A stretch of 64,000 nt of DNA from Camelus dromedarius (GCF_036321535.1 NC_087436.1:63614001-63678000); one strand, 5' to 3'; numbered from the stretch's first letter, positions 39,623 through 54,804 are shown. The notes: generated by a model from the letters alone, not told the origin. Numbers and translations are program-made.

Positions 39623-39679
39623 CACAATATGAGTTGTAGGGTCTACAAATTCAATCACACAAAATGCTGGGTCATGTTG
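39623..39679 (-). pseudogene. Candidate exon (57 nt; could extend upstream to the acceptor at 39893)
   Basis: Acceptor atttcattgaccttacag, donor GTG|gtaagg. Phase-0 reading is open (QHDPAFCVIEFVDPTTHIV); phase-2 reading has 2 stops. Lies inside the 131-aa minus-strand ORF 39581-39976. Confidence 0.5.
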
Positions 39680-42600
39680 CTGTAAGGTCAATGAAATGAC
39701 TGTGATAAGCCTGTGCAGATAGTTGGTCAGAGAATCTGAGCCTGGGAGATCCAGATCCTTCCAAGTCCTGTCTGCAATTTGGTGCCACCTGGTGGCAGTT
39801 GTCCACTGCAGTGTAAACAATAAATGGGGATAACTCCGGGTCTTGGGATAGGATAGAACTTCTGAGACAGAAGCAGTGATTCCAGGAATCCACCTAGGGA
39901 TGGACACATCTTGTTGACCCACCCTGGAGGCACTGGAGCAGGGGAATAACGAGGATATGAGGACCCATCTTCTCAAGATACAGTTGTTGCCGTTTCCCTA
40001 CTTGGCCTTGTGTTCCCTCCAGAAGGAAAAGACTAGACCACCACCATTCGAAAATCTAGGTTGGAGGATACAAGCTAATCACTAATGTCATTATTTCCAA
40101 ACTTGGATGAACTCAGGGTGAACTATCACAGTTTTGCTGTATTAGTTTTCTAGTTCCTGCCTGATTTTACCCTTTAGCTTCTTTCTTAAGACCCTTGTCA
40201 TACTTCTAGACAATCACAGCAGCTTCTCAGCCTGTTCCCTTGAATCTTCAAGATTTAGCTCAAATATATTTTTTTCCTAAATGTTTCCTAGTCTCATCCC
40301 CCAGGCTTGCATGCCCTTCTTTTCTGTCCCCCTAGTATCCTATGTCAACATTTACACAGGGCATCTCAGCCTCTCCTAACACATCACTTTGTCATCTGCC
40401 CTTTTGGTCTTGAGCTACTTTAGGGCAACGACCTGTAACCATTTTATTCCCAGCATCAACCATAGTGCCTAGAAAATTGCAGATGATTATCTAAATGTAA
40501 CTTTATATATTTCTCTCATTTTACACATTCAAAACATTACAAGTCACTTCTTCATTGGCCCTCTACTACTTTAAAGAGTATTTTACTCATAGCAGCAGAA
40601 TGACAGCTTATTTGAGCTGAAAGAATCTTTGTCTAAAACTTAAACATTTACTTTGTTGATTGAATATAGAAGCTAAATATTGACTCCTCCAGGATATTAA
40701 TTTTAACATTACTACTGTCCACATAAAGTCATCTTACCCTCTATATTTTCTTTTTTCTCATTTTTCTTCACCAGTGTCAGACACCTATTAATTAACAACA
40801 AACTTCTGTGCACCTGCGATGATCAAGACATAGCACTGGGCAATGTGGAGGTTACAAAAATACTGGAAGAGCTTATCCTTATTGTCTTGGACCTAAAATG
40901 TAGTTAAAGAAATGATGCTGAGAATGTTGAGGATAATGATTAAAAAAAAAAAAACAACCCACGATCATCTTTTAAAAAGCAAATTATGTACTAGGTGTTA
41001 TACCGATTGTTTTATAATGAACTGAAAAGGCATATAACATTTCCTACCCTATGGATGACCAATGAGGCAGGTTTGAAGATACCAAAACCTGCCCAGATGT
41101 GTATAGAGTGAATAAATGTTGAACTAATACTCAAACCTCAACTCTTGAGATTAATGGCCCAAGCTCTAAACTATGACATTACTCTCATGTTTAAAAAAAA
41201 AAAAAGTAACACGGGATAGAAAATACTGATATGGAAGATGAAAAGAGAAAGATTATCTCCCAGAAGACTATTTAGGAAAAGTTTTCCAAAGGAAGTAGGA
41301 TCTTGGAAACTATGGAGAGAAAAGGAATAGAAGGAAATATGTCTGGAAAAGAGGTGACTAGATATCAAGCTTCATACTGGAGAAGTCTACAGAGTGTTCT
41401 TTCATTTCTAATATATAAAATCTCATGTCCTCCCTCTCATTATGGTATTCACATTAGCTTACTGTCTCAGTAGAGATTTTGACTTCATAGGGATTCTTTT
41501 TTTAACTTTTTGCCTGAGAACTTTGAGGGGAAAAAAAAAAGTAGAAAACAATCATTTTAGATTAGGTCTAGTCTGTGATCATGGGACAGGACAAAGTAAG
41601 GTAATTAAAAAAGTAAACATCAAGTGCACCAGGTAGACTTTTACTACCCACAGGTAAATAGTATTCAAAAATGTACATATCTCTGTGCTTTTTTTTTTTT
41701 TTTTTTTTTACTTTTAAAGTCATATAGTTGAAGAAGTAATATAGTTTATATTTTCAGTTAGGAACATAATAGTAACTTTTTATGATCCTTAATATCATGG
41801 CTAGAGTTTTCTTGCTGCCTCATTAATGTGCTAATAGGTCACAGAGAGCAAAAGTACGAGCAAAATGACAGAAGCCTATAACTGCAGAAAGTGGCATAAG
41901 AATGAGCATTCGAGTCATATTTTTATAAATAAGTGAAATAGTTGGTTGCTGATAAAATACACTTTATGAGAGAAGTATATTCAAAGGAATAGATGTGTTC
42001 CCTTAAAAAAAACTTCCACTAAGACACCATAATATCCAAGATTTCATTTTTTGAGAATTGTTGGCATAGGGAAATATTTTTAAAATGTAATCTCCAGTTA
42101 GTCCTTCTGTCGCCACTACTATTCAGGAAGAAACTATAGGTTTAGTTTTTGTATTCTAGTATAATCCATTTTGTCAGTGTTAATTGCCATTTGCCAGCCT
42201 GAGTTTTACTCTGCAAGGTCAAGGAGTCCATGACCTCTTAGCAAAATGAGCAAATCTCTTTCTGCTTCCTTTGTAATTTATCCGTCCAAAACCTTCCAGC
42301 AGTCTGCAACTATGTGGCCGGATCAAATATACACTGTTTCTTTGTCCATGAGTCATTTTTAAAATCAAGTAAGAGATATGAAATTACTCTGAAACTGAAT
42401 GGTGACTGAGAATTGTATGACATCATCATTACTATCATCTTCATATTATTATCTTCCTAGGATACATGGAAATCTTCCCCCAAGACATCTAGCAATCATC
42501 CTTTCTCAGAAGAGATGCAGATCAGAAGAATTCTCTTACTGAAATCTTGGTTTTGTCTGCTTTATTGAGAAACTTCTGTGTCTAGAATAAGCACATTTTG

Positions 42601-43143
42601 TTATTTCATTTTGTCCTCAAAGGTGTCTCTCTCACATACAAAGGCCAAATTATGTGTGAAAATAATGGCAGATCAAAATTTCACCATACCAACAAAAGTG
42701 TTAAATTACCATTTCCTGATCTTTCCACTTTTCTAAATATATTTTATAAAATATGTTCACTGGAACATAATTCCTCAGGATATTAATAGATATTGTACAA
42801 CAAGGGGTTACCTGGTTAAAAAAATGTATTAGGTTCAAGTAGTCATATAAATGTAGTAATAATAATTTTGATAACTATAATTTATTCAGTAGTTTCTACA
42901 AAAAGCTAACATGTGAATAGTGTAAGAAGTATTTTCTCAAGCTTTCCATTTTATAGGTGAAGAATCAGGAATTTAGAGCTTTTAAGTAAATGTTGAAAGT
43001 CACATAGTAGTAGAATTGAGACTTAAATCATGGCTTTCCTACTCATTTCAAAGTTTCTTTTATGTTAAAAAGATAGGCAGTTATTTTTTACTTCAGACAA
43101 TCTTAGAGGCATTAATGTGTTAACATGTTGATGAGTAATATGC

Positions 43144-43745
43144 TGTGTTAGTCAGAGTTCTACCAAGCAGCAGAATCAATATATATCACCTCTCTCTCAT
43201 ATACAGGCAGATAGATAAATAGATATTCACAGCTGTCATTCATACATGTAGATATCCCAGATGGATGGGCAGATTTATTGTAAGGAACCAGTTTAGATTA
43301 TGGAGGCTGAGAGGACCCAAGACATGCAGTTGCAGTTGACAAGCTGGAGACCCAAGGGAGCTGAGGCGTGGTTCTAGTTGATTCCAAAGGCCTGAACACC
43401 AGGCAAGCCAGTGGTGTACACAAGTTCAAGCCCAAAACCCAGCCAACTTAAAACCCTCAAAGAGACAGTTTTTCAGGTGAGCCTGAAGGCAGGAAAAAGA
43501 CCAGTGTCCCAGCTCTCAAGTCAAGCAGCAGGAGTTCCTCTTACTGAGGATTTTCGTTCTATCCAGTTCTTCAATTGATTGAATGAAGCCCATTCACACA
43601 GGGAGAAAAATCTGATTTAGTCTACGGATTCAAATGTTAATCTCATCCAGAAACACCCTCACAGAATATACCTAAAACAATATTTGCTCAAATGTCTGGG
43701 CATCCCACGGCCCAGTTATGCTGACCTGAAAAATTACCCATTAGG
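43144..43745 (-). mobile_element. MLT2-type ERVL LTR
   Basis: tgtgttagtcagagttc...ttatggaggctgag...aatgttaatctcatccagaaacaccctcacag...aaattaccca. Confidence 0.85.
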
Positions 43746-44019
43746 CGTGCTAATATGTAAATCTCAGGACTGAAGTGGGTCAGAGAAATGAGTGTTTTCT
43801 AAACATTTTTTATGGCAAATTCTATCCTTTCAAAGCATGTATCTCAGAATCAACGTTCTATAGAACATCTTTGAGATTTGTTACTCAAGACTTTGGAGAC
43901 TGTTACTAAATTACATCACTTTTTCTCCATAACCTTTAAAAGGTTTGGTGCTTTCATTTCTTTTTGAAAACAATAACCATAACAGAACCTGCTGGAATGT
44001 AGGGGCTTCTCTTTTAAGT

Positions 44020-44620
44020 AACTATGGTAGACTGTTGCAATAACTGTCTCCAATGTGTTCAGACCTCTCTGTACCAATGCCCTGATCCCTTCCACCCACT
44101 GACACTAGGCTTGGCCATGTCACTTTCTTTGACCAATGAAGCAGCAGCAATGATACACAAGCAAAGACTTCAAGTGACTGAGTATTGAGTTTTTCCTTCT
44201 TTTGCTGATTTTAGAAACTTCCTTGATGATAAGCCTATTGCTCAATCTTCTCCATCATGCTCAGTTTTAGAGACCACTTTCAATTTTGTGCCATGTAGCC
44301 TCTTCAATAAGCAGTTCAAATGTGGATTTTGCTTCTTCAAAGTCAGCAAGAGAAATTTCTCCTGCTTCAAATCTTTCTGACCCCTTTTTAATGGCTCACG
44401 TGATTAAATTAGGCTGAACCAGGATGCTCTCGCTTTTGATTAGCCCAAAGTCACTGATTAGGAACTTAATTACATCTTCAAAGTCTCTCTGCTATATAAT
44501 GTAACAGTCACAGGAGCAATATATCACAAATACATTTCAAAAGGAGGAGATGGTATACAGAGCATGTATACCAGGTTGGTGGGAATCCTGTGGGCTAATT
44601 TAGGATTCTACCTACCACAG
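44020..44620. mobile_element. MaLR/MLT fragments
   Basis: ggcttggccatgtcactttctttgaccaatg (MLT1-like) and ttaattacatct..aaagtc...ggattctacctaccaca. Confidence 0.65.
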
Positions 44621-44849
44621 TATTCTGGATATTCTGAAAATTTAACTTGGACGTTTGCTATAGCTGTTAAACTACACACTTTCAAAGATTCAAGAACAAA
44701 AATTTAGCTTCTAACGTGAACTCAAATTGGTACCTATAGTGATCATATACAATCTGATTATAGCAATCAAAGATTGCTATTTGCTCTGAGAATACATGTA
44801 TATAATATATATATATAATTATTAGCATTATGTTGAATTGTCTAAATAC

Positions 44850-47800
44850 AGATGTTTATATTGAGAGTCCAGGTACATATCTGGCCACTGAAATCCTTAA
44901 AAGAAAAATATGACACTGCAAATGTAGCTCTGACATGTAAATAGATTGTAAATTTTCACTTCCTTTCTTATAATAAGAAAAATCTGAGTAAACTGAAAAC
45001 CAGTGATATTTTAACCCATCAGAGAATTGAGGTCTCATGTCAAATTATCACCCCAAAAGTTGGACAAGAAAATACAGAGTCAGAGCAGAGTTCTGCTCAA
45101 CTAGAACAGAAGCTGCTAGAGCCACAAACAGGTAGGAACATTTAAATGACAAACTATCTGAGGCTGAGCACAGACAGGCATGAGTGAGAAACTCCTGGAA
45201 GCTGCACTCTCCACAACTTCTTAGGTTTTTACCCTCGGGTTCTGTATTAGGATCTTATGGTGAAGAACCAAGAAAGATCTTGTGGCTTTGGCAAAAAGAA
45301 GTAAAAGAGTAATTGGGAAATATACCTGAGAGGATTCTTTGTAACAAAGACCTACTTTGTAACAAAGCCTGGGAAAGACTTTACCAGAGCCTTATCCCAG
45401 CTGGGGGAGAGAACCCCTCCCCTCTACTCCCTGTAGTTTTTCCTATCTTACCTAAGGTAGGGGAAGTGCTATATGTGGGAAAAATACACGTGAGGGTACC
45501 AGCCTAGAGACACAGGCCCACTAAAGGACAGATGTTTAATCAGAAGATGACAGAACCCTTCCCACATCCATACCACTACACCAACAGGGTTATATGATAA
45601 TAAAAGAAAATTGCCACTGACCAAGCAGCAAGATGTAGCCCTTCACTAAAGAGAAATACTTAAGAAAGCCAAAAGTAAAGAACAGAAACAAAAACAAGAA
45701 ACATGAAGCCTCTGGCACCTATCCCTACAGCAAACATTAAACACAGCAAACATAAATACTAGCCAGATAAATGTAAAACTACACACTATAGGTCTATTTA
45801 CCTCCATTTTAATTACCTGATACAACAAAAAATTATATTCACCAAGACAGTCTACACTCTGGACCATTAAAAAAACAACAAATTTTTTAAAATAAAAATC
45901 ATACAATGGAATCATAATGGAATTAAATTAGCTATCAGTAATAAAAGATACCTAGAAATTGCCCAAATATTTGGAGATCAAAGGAAACCTGAATCAAAGA
46001 AGCAGTCTCAAGGGAAATCCAACTAAATGATAATAAAAAACAACCTATCAAAATTTGTGGAATGCAGTGTAAGCAGTGCTTAGAGGACAATCATGTTAAA
46101 TGCATGTATTAGGAAATAAGAAAGATCTAAAATCAGTAATCTCAGATTCCATTATAGAAAAACAGAAAATGCAGAGTATTTTAACTTTAAGGAAAAAAAA
46201 AAAAGAAAAATATCAGCAGAAATCAAAGAACTTAAAAACTAAAAAAAAGGAAAAAATTGAGAGAAAAAAAAAAAACCTAAAAGCTAACTATTTGACAAAT
46301 AGATTAATAAACCTATTGCCTGGCTAACCAGAGAGAGAAAAGAGAAAGATAATAAATTCCAATATCAAAAATGAAGATCATGTAACCATACAACAGAATA
46401 TTGTTCATCAATAAAAAGAAATGAGCTATCAAGCTACTAAATGACACGGATGATTGGTAAATACATATTGCTAAGTGGAAATAGCTTGTCTGAAAAGACT
46501 AAATATTCAATGTTTCAATTATATTAATTCTGGAAACAGCAAAATTAAAGAGACGGTAAATAGATCAGAGGCTAGCATTGTTTTAATAGGTTTAAAAAAC
46601 AGTGTTTTGTTTTGTTTGAGAATGAATCTATCTGTATGGTACCATAATGATGGATATGTGATACTCTGCATTTGTGAAAATGCATAAAACTTGATGGCAT
46701 GAAGAGTGAACTTCAATGTATATAAATTGCTTAAAAGTCATTCAGGAGATTGGAGGAGGCCTCCCTCAGGACAGAATGTAGAATATGACAAAACAATTCA
46801 GCTGTATTATAAACATATGAAACACCCCTCACAGTGTGGGAAGAAAAATTGATCACCTAACTAATTTTAAAAATCAGTAGAATCTTTAAAACAAAGGCAA
46901 AATGAATTATACTGAAGTACTGTACTATAGTTGATAAACTACAGAGGTATGATACCTAATATACATGTATACTTGTATGTAATAATTAAGTAAATGTATA
47001 GCAAATTATGGGAATGAGATTTCTCACTGCTGGAGCAGGAGATTACAAATAAGCAAGGAGAGGAAGCTAGAAAGATCCATGTAGTAATTGATTAGAATTG
47101 GAAACATTAATATGAGCTTTAGTTAAAAGTTCACTCATATACATTTAGGGATATTTATAGATGGGTACCTTTATATACACAAATGTTTCTTTACTCTGTC
47201 AGCTGAGAGAGCCTAGAAGCAACACCTCAGTAGCAGTGAGCACACCTAACACCCAGATCTTGGTTTCTAATACTATTTTCCAACAAAAAGAACCAAGGCT
47301 CCTTTGAAAAATGGCTGGTTCTAGGATGAGAGCAGGAAATATATAAGATGAGCCTAAAGCATCTTATAGTGACAGGGAATAAGAAATTGCTCAGTTAAAT
47401 TTAAAAAATTAAATAAATAATGAGAATATGTCAAAGAGACATAGGAGCCAAGTGAAAGAGCTGCCAATGGCCAAATTCCTGTAACAATTTGTGCAAGAAA
47501 ATAAAGTAGTATTAGATTATAACCCAAAGTATAAAATAATTGCCCATAAGTATATGCTGATATAAATAAACAAACATCAAACAAATTTTCAGGACAAAAG
47601 AATTCTAAATAATTTATGTAGATAACTCTTAATGGAAGGAGAAAGAGCATAACTCTCCTTAGGTGTGAGTAGTGAATAGATATTTCCTGCCAGAGGATAC
47701 AGTATGAAAAAGTAGGGGCAAAAGAATAACTTCACAGTGGAGAAACCTGACAAGCAGTACTTCAGCTAGGTTATCAAGGTTAACACCAACAAGGATGTCA

Positions 47801-48310
47801 CCTTGATAGTATGTACCCTTGACGTGATGTAATGAAAACAGCAGTTTACTCCCTAAAACTCATAACCAAGGCCAGTCAGAAGATAAAGGTCAAATTCCAC
47901 TTGATTCTATAAAGTACCTAATTAGTACTTCTTAAAAAGTGTAAAGGTCACTCAAAACAAGGAAAGTTTGAGTAAGTGTCACAGTCAAATAGGAGCCTCA
48001 TGAGAAATGACTACTGAAGGTAATGTGATAACCCCAATGGGACAACAAGACCAAAAAGACGAAAGGGAGAAGGAAAGAGAAACAAAGAAAGAAGAAAAAT
48101 AGGTGGTAAAACTAAAGAAATCTGAGTCAATTATGAACTATAGTTAATAATTATGTATGAACATTGATTAATTGTAATGAAGTATCATATTAATATGAGA
48201 TGTTAACAATAGAGGAAACTGAGTGAGGGGCATAGGGGAATACTCTATACTTATCTTCACAATTTTTCTATATACTTAAATTCTTTTAAAATTAAAATTT
48301 TATTTTAAAA
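44850..48310 (+). mobile_element. Old L1 (L1MC/L1MD-type): 5' piece, ORF2 fragment and long 3' end
   Basis: aatggaattaaattag..atcaaaatttgtggaatgcag (ORF2); aaagaaccaaggctcctttgaaaaatggctggttctagg and gatgttaacaatagaggaaactg...tactctatac (L1MC 3' UTR). Confidence 0.8.
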
Positions 48311-48331
48311 GGATTATTAAAAGAATCTATC

Positions 48332-48745
48332 AAGGACTGATTGTATACCCCCAGTAAATTCATATGTTGAAGCCACCAAGCCCCAATGTGACTGTATTTA
48401 GAGATAGGGTCTTCATGCAGGTAATTAAGGTTAAAAGAGGTCATAAGGGTGGGACCCTAATCTGTCAGGTCTGGTATCCTTATAAGAAAAGGAAGAGACA
48501 CAAGAGATCCCCACCCCCATCTTTCTCCTTCATATGCACACAAAGAAAAGGCCATGTGAGGGCACAGTAAGGAGGAGGTCATCTGCAAGCCAGGAAGAGA
48601 GGTCTCACCAGAAATCTCACCAGAAAGCAGATCTGCCAGCTCCTTGATCTGAGACTTGTAGCCTCCAAACTCTGAGAAAATTAATTTGTGTTGTTTAAAC
48701 CACCCAGCTTGTGACATTGTTATGGCAGCCTGAGTACTCTAATAC
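48332..48745 (+). mobile_element. MLT1A/B-type MaLR LTR
   Basis: aaattcatatgttgaagcc..ccccaatgtgactgtattt..gatagggtc...ttatggcagcc...ctaataca. Confidence 0.9.
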
Positions 48746-50049
48746 ACAATCATGGACAGTGATATCAAACCAAGTACAAGGAGACTGGAAAGAGACACCA
48801 AAGTAAATTTAGAGGACTTGAAGAAATACCCATTAAAGGTAAATATACTCTGAGATCTTAAGGATATGCTATTTGAGGAACAAATGAACAAAAGATGGAA
48901 TGCATGTGCCTCTTGCAGGGGGACAATGAACAATGAGCAAGCTCAGTATTCAGAGATAAAGAATTATGCTTAAGCAGCAATTGGAACTATAATTTGCCCA
49001 CAACCTAATATTTGCTGTATGCTTTTGGCATTGCATAGTACTAAAGGTTGTATTTGAAATATAGCTTAATTCAAACAAGATATTTTATTACTTTTAAATA
49101 TGTAGTGGTGATTGAAGTTAGTAGTAGAGTTATTAACCTTGGTAATCTACTTAATTTGGGGATCAAATAATTACCCCACTTGTGATTTAACTATTTCTTC
49201 AAAGTAGGAAATATTACCATATGCTTATACCTTTGGATAAGCCTCCTCTTCCTCCTGACATTTTGGTCTGAATTATTAGTCTTAAAATAGAATATAAAGT
49301 AAGTATAGTCTCCCTACCACTATGTATTTTATTCACATTTCTCATTTATGAGATGTTACACCCTAACTAGAGCAATAGCCAGAACTGTAAATTTATACTA
49401 AATTAACATCTCAGCTTTGCTGGGTGCAAATTCAAATAATGGTGCTTGCAGGTATAGTGCCTGTCCTTATTCTCATTAAACATTAAGTATATGACCTCCT
49501 TTTTTGACTTAATTCAACAGAATCATTGAAGTAATTTTCCATTTTACTTTAGAGAATGGATTTCACAAGGATTCCACTCTGGAATCAACGTTATTTGGAG
49601 GGCTTAAAAATTGGAGCTTTAATTACATTTCTTTTCAAAGAATAATGAAATTACATAAAAAGTTTATTTGACTAGGAACAATAGAAAGCTATTAACTCAT
49701 TGGACTCTGCTCACTAAAGACATGATTGTTAATAACCTTCATTAAATATCAGAGCATTCTTTTATTAACTATAATAGCTAATAATTGATGCTTGGAGCTC
49801 TAAAATTATTCATAAAAATGTACAATTCTGAAAAAGTAGATGACAATTCATTATTTTATGTGTTAGATGATGCTTTCCTGAACTGGAACATCAGTTCTTT
49901 GTTGGCAGGGATCTTTGTTTTATTCACTACTGTATCCCCACACTAGAAAAGCACTCACATATAAAGGCAATCAATTAACATTTGTTTAATGAATGAATAC
50001 ATCCACTATGATTTTCGCAAGAAGTATGAACTTGAATATTAATATTTTT

Positions 50050-50745
50050 CATCTGAACATTTTACCAAGAAGGGCATACAAATGGCCAACAAGTACGTGA
50101 AAAGATGTTGAACATCACTAATCATTAGGGAAATGTAAATCTAAACCACAATGAGATATCACCTCACACCTGTTATGATGGCTATTCCTGAAAAGGTAAG
50201 AAATAACAAGTGCTGGCAAGGATGTGGAGAAAAGGAAATATTTGTATACTGCTGGTGGGGATATACATTGTTGCAGTCAATCTGGAAAACAACCTGAAGG
50301 TTTTTCAAAGAACTAAAAATAGAACTAGCATATGGTCCAGCAATTCCACTTCCGACTATTTATCTGAAAAAAACAAAAACACTAACTGAAAAAGATATCC
50401 ACATCTCCACATTCACTGTAGTATTATTTACAATAGCCAAGATTTGGAACCAGGTAACCTAAGTGTCCAGTGATGGATGAATGGATAAGGAAAACATGGT
50501 ATATATTCAATGGAATGTTATTTAGCCAAAAAAGGAAGGAAATGCTACCATTTTCGACAACATAGATGGACCTTAAGGGCTTTATTATAAGTGAAGTAAG
50601 TGAGACAGAAAAAAAGGCGAACACCACGTGATCTGACATATTATGTAGAAGCTAAATAAATGAGCTCATACAAACGGAGAGCAGATTGGTGGTCACCAGA
50701 AGCAAAGGGTAGGAATTGGGTGAAATACATTAAGGTGGTGTAACT
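50050..50745 (+). mobile_element. L1MA/MB-type ORF2 end and 3' UTR
   Basis: aaatggccaacaagtacgtgaaaagatg...accacaatgagatatcacctcacacc...gcaattccacttc. Confidence 0.9.
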
Positions 50746-51084
50746 TTTTTTAAATTGTCTTTTTCTCCTTTAATAATACTACAGAACTTATGATCCTAGT
50801 AGAACCTATGTGAAATGTCTCCTGACAAGGTTTGAAAATGAAATTTTATAACACAGATAACATAGATCCACATTGTTACATGGCTACTAAAAACAACAAA
50901 ATTATAGGCTGAATCAAAAACAAGGTTAAACACAGAGCAGAATATATTTCAGTAGTCTTATTATAGTCTTTGATAATCATTTATAAACTGGGAACTGCTT
51001 TTCTAAGGAATATAGAAGCAAAGGTAGGCAAACAGTACAGTGAGCAGTCTAGAATTTCTACCATAAGCAAGATTTAGCTGTACT

Positions 51085-51350
51085 TAACTTGATGAAGGAT
51101 TGTCATGTGGAAGGGAATATGACTTACTCTTTGTTGCTCTGGAGGGTATAATTTATTTTGGAGGCAGTTTTGAAATCAATATAAGGAATATTTAACAGCT
51201 CTAGCATTGGATTTATAGAGTACCCACCAGTGGAGGGAGACTCCCTAGTACTGGATATATTCAAGAGATGTTTGACAGAGATGCTTGACAGTCAGAGACT
51301 TGAATAAATATTCATGAAGACCGTTTATAGCCCTGAAAGTCCACGAGACT
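51085..51350 (+). mobile_element. L3/CR1 3' fragment
   Basis: tgaaggattgtcatgtggaag...ggaggcagtttt...aatataaggaa...ctccctagtactggatatattcaag. Confidence 0.65.
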
Positions 51351-52139
51351 GTTTCTTTCCATTTATTTACAGCAACAATCTATTTTGCTCCTCTAGAGTC
51401 AGAAAAGTATTAAACTTGGTATGAGATGTCTTTAGTTGGAGTACTGATTCTGCATACTAATTGAGAAATTGTATTATTATATGTGGACATGTTAATACAT
51501 TCTCAGAGAACAGTGAGTCATGATTAAATAAGATATATAAATTCTACAATATAATATATATACTAAACCATTTATTGAGAACCTATACACAATTTTCACT
51601 TATTTCCCAAATATTAATTTAGTAGGGCTCTTTCTTACTAGGCAAAAAACTGGTCTCAAAAGATGCAGAAGTGAACTCATACAGAACAGTCTTCATAGAT
51701 CTAACAGATTATCTGTGTCCCTCATCATGTAGTTATTCGAATACACAGTATATAGGAAATGAAAGTTCAGATCATGTAATAACTTGCTAAGAACTACACA
51801 TCTGGTGGCACAGCCACATTAGAACCAGGACTGTGCATTTTCAAAGTCCCTCTAAGTAATTTCTTTGATCAAAAAAATCCAAAGTTATTCACGTACTTTT
51901 TCATTTTTATTTTCATATAAATTATTTGTCATATTAATTATCACTACCTGTTTAAAAGATAGTGAATTTTGTCTTCTTGGGAATTAATTTTTTTCAGTAC
52001 TAATATTAGTCTTTTTAGGTAGTTAATATTTAGGTGAAAATGTTTTAAGAGCTCTTCAGTCCTATCATTGTGTTTAGACACATGATTATCAATATTCATG
52101 AAGCAATGGAGATTTCTAAGTCAGTCATAAACTCACACC

Positions 52140-52620
52140 AGATTTTGAATTATCTGCATTTTTAATGGGGGAAAACAAGGAGATTGTAACCAGTTAATTG
52201 AATAGACTAAACTCAGTAGGGTATAGTCAGAAAACAGTTTTTTTAAAAATACAGAAATATAATACACATATAGAAAGATAATTGTTTCATATGAGTACAA
52301 CTCAGTTTTTACAAACTGTAAAGGACTATATAAAAACCACGAGTGAAAAACCCTAACATTACTAGCACCCAAGAAGCACCCCTCAGGCTCCCTTCCAGTC
52401 ACAATACCCCTGCTCCTAAGGATAACTACAATTCTTACTTACAGCAACATAGATTCGCTTTGACTAGTTTTGTATATTATAAGGTAAAATTAGTCCCTGA
52501 TAACTAATGAACATGTTTTCATGTATTAATTGGCCATTTGTATAATTTTATTGTCCAGTGAATATTCAGTTTTTTTGTCCATTTTCCTATTGTATTTTCA
52601 ACATGTCGATTCTCAGGATT
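52140..52620 (-). mobile_element. L1ME-type 3' fragment
   Basis: aacattactagcacccaagaagc..ccttccagtca...tattaattggccatttgtata. Confidence 0.65.
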
Positions 52621-53454
52621 TTTGATCTTGGATATCTTAATACATAGTATTTGAAATCCACTAAACAAATTCTACAAGACCAGCAATATTCATTTTTTTT
52701 TCTGTTTCTTTAATACTGTATTCTCAGTTCCTAGACTAATGATGTTAGTGAAATTTCAGTAAATGTTTAATTAATATAAAAAACTTAATCATATTCAATA
52801 ACATGGAAACAGAGGTGTGTAACAAGCTAGGATTTATACGAAGGAATCTCAAAGCTTTAGTCCTTTTAATAGTTGGCTTTTATTTAAGTCAATTGATTAT
52901 CCAGGTGATAGAACAGGTTTGTGGTACATGTATTATTTGTTATCTATCCACATAGAAAACCTCTAGGGCTCCATTTACATTTCCCATCATGAAGCCTTAC
53001 TCTACAATTTTCTTCCTCTTTAGAAAATCTCTTTGTCTTCATCTTGTATGTAATTGTCATATTCAATCACAGTATTAATCTCAACAGTATTCTCCCTCCA
53101 GCTTTAACTGTCTTTTTGGTATAAGAGGTAGGAAAGAAAAGGAGGTAAGAAAGAAAACACAGCTTCTTTCATTTTGACACATCAGAGGAAGCTAGAAATT
53201 CAATTTCCTAATTCTCAGTTCAGTTTTCTCTCTATTACAAACATAATACCAGAGAGTGAACTTTAGCTACTATATCTACAGAAGGTTCTAACATTCATAG
53301 TCACAAAGCAACATGGGTACAGTCTTCCTCAAATTCAGAATGTGCAGACAAAAGGGAATAAGGTAGGGGGAAACAAAACAGTTGTGAAGAATGTATTTGG
53401 GTGGGGATTTGATTTATAAACCTTCAATTTAGTTTATACTTGAACTCTACACAC

Positions 53455-53529
53455 CCAGTTTGTATGGTATTGTCCCTTGAAGTTGCTAGGGTGTTTGACT
53501 CAAAAAGACTCAAACCGAACAGAGGGCTG
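53455..53529 (-). CDS. Candidate exon (75 nt) of the minus-strand gene
   Basis: Long pyrimidine-rich acceptor ctattttcttattcttaatcag and donor TGG|gtgtgt. Open in the phase-2 frame: SPLFGLSLFESNTLATSRDNTIQT(G). Confidence 0.5.
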
Positions 53530-54804
53530 CTGATTAAGAATAAGAAAATAGATGTGGTAATAAATAAAGGCAATGCCTGGTTAAAAGATGATCATTGGGG
53601 ATTCATATGCACAACTCTACATAAAAATATCCAGAGATCATATATAATCAAGACAATACCTTTTGAAGTACCTCATTAATAAATTAGAAACTAGGCCTTC
53701 CCCTGCAAACTTTTCCATCTGATAGTAAAATTAGAAATACTAAATCATCAAACCTCATTGAATATTACTATAAGGATGCTGCACTGAATTAGACTGAAAT
53801 CATAGAGAATGCTGAATTGTATCCAAATATTACTTGCATTACTCACATAAATATTACAAAATAAAATGACACACTAAGAATAGAGGTATTTTCATAAAAG
53901 GAAATCCTTTTAAGTTGATAGTTGGTGCCATCATTACTTTTTTTGTTGACTACAGTGTGAGTTGAAAGCAGAGATATAATAGAAAACCAGGGAGATGACT
54001 GGTAATAGCAGGCTCTTAATTCCTTCTCCCATCCCAACTGCTATAAAGAATGGTCAATAATAAACATCAGGATAGAAGGCTTCTTTGTAACACTCATTTT
54101 TAAAATGTGTATTTTTAAATGTAAAAGTATGAAAGTGATAGGACCAATGCTCTATCATAGTATTTTTTCTAACTTTTATCTTATCTGTTAGCTTGAAAAA
54201 TAAAAGCCTTCTCAAAAAAGATGTTTTTCTTATTTTTAATTAACAAAATACTAATTTGAAAACATTTTAATGCTTACTTGAGTAAATCCCCTACAAGTCA
54301 GTCATTTGCTGAAGCAGAATTGTGTAACCTGGTCACATTTTAGGGTATTCATTGTATTGACAATAAAAGATAATATGGTTTCTGAATATCACATCAATGT
54401 GTAGGAAAAACATTATCAAATTCATTATTGTTATCATTCAAGATTCACCGTAAAATAAACCAGCAAATGAAAAACAACAAAAGTCCCCTTATGTACTATA
54501 CAGTCAAGAATATGAATTAATGGTTTTTAGATCAGGAAGGAAAGAAAAATGAAAAAGCGCATGAAATCTATCAGCTACCAATAATGAATCCCATTTTGAC
54601 TTCACTCTTACATTTCTGATGTTATAATCTGCCATGATTTGTTAATATAAATTACATATTTATAATCTAAATTATAACTATCTAAACTTGGTAGGTTTCA
54701 TGTGCAAGTACTCTTTCATTAATTACAAGTTATATTATTTTTGTTAATAGTGTTGCATAAACCAACTTGAATTAAAACAAGAGTCAATATAAGAAATATG
54801 CAAA

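Noticed and set aside
39581..39976. Longest ORF (131 aa) as a standalone gene
   Set aside because: It starts at a non-ATG codon, has no recognisable domain, and runs through a splice donor. Only part of it is likely exonic.
53847..53949. 103-nt segment with AG acceptor and gtgagt donor, open in a frame compatible with the next exon
   Set aside because: AT-rich and low in complexity, not symmetric like the others. Not excluded, but too weak to list as a feature.
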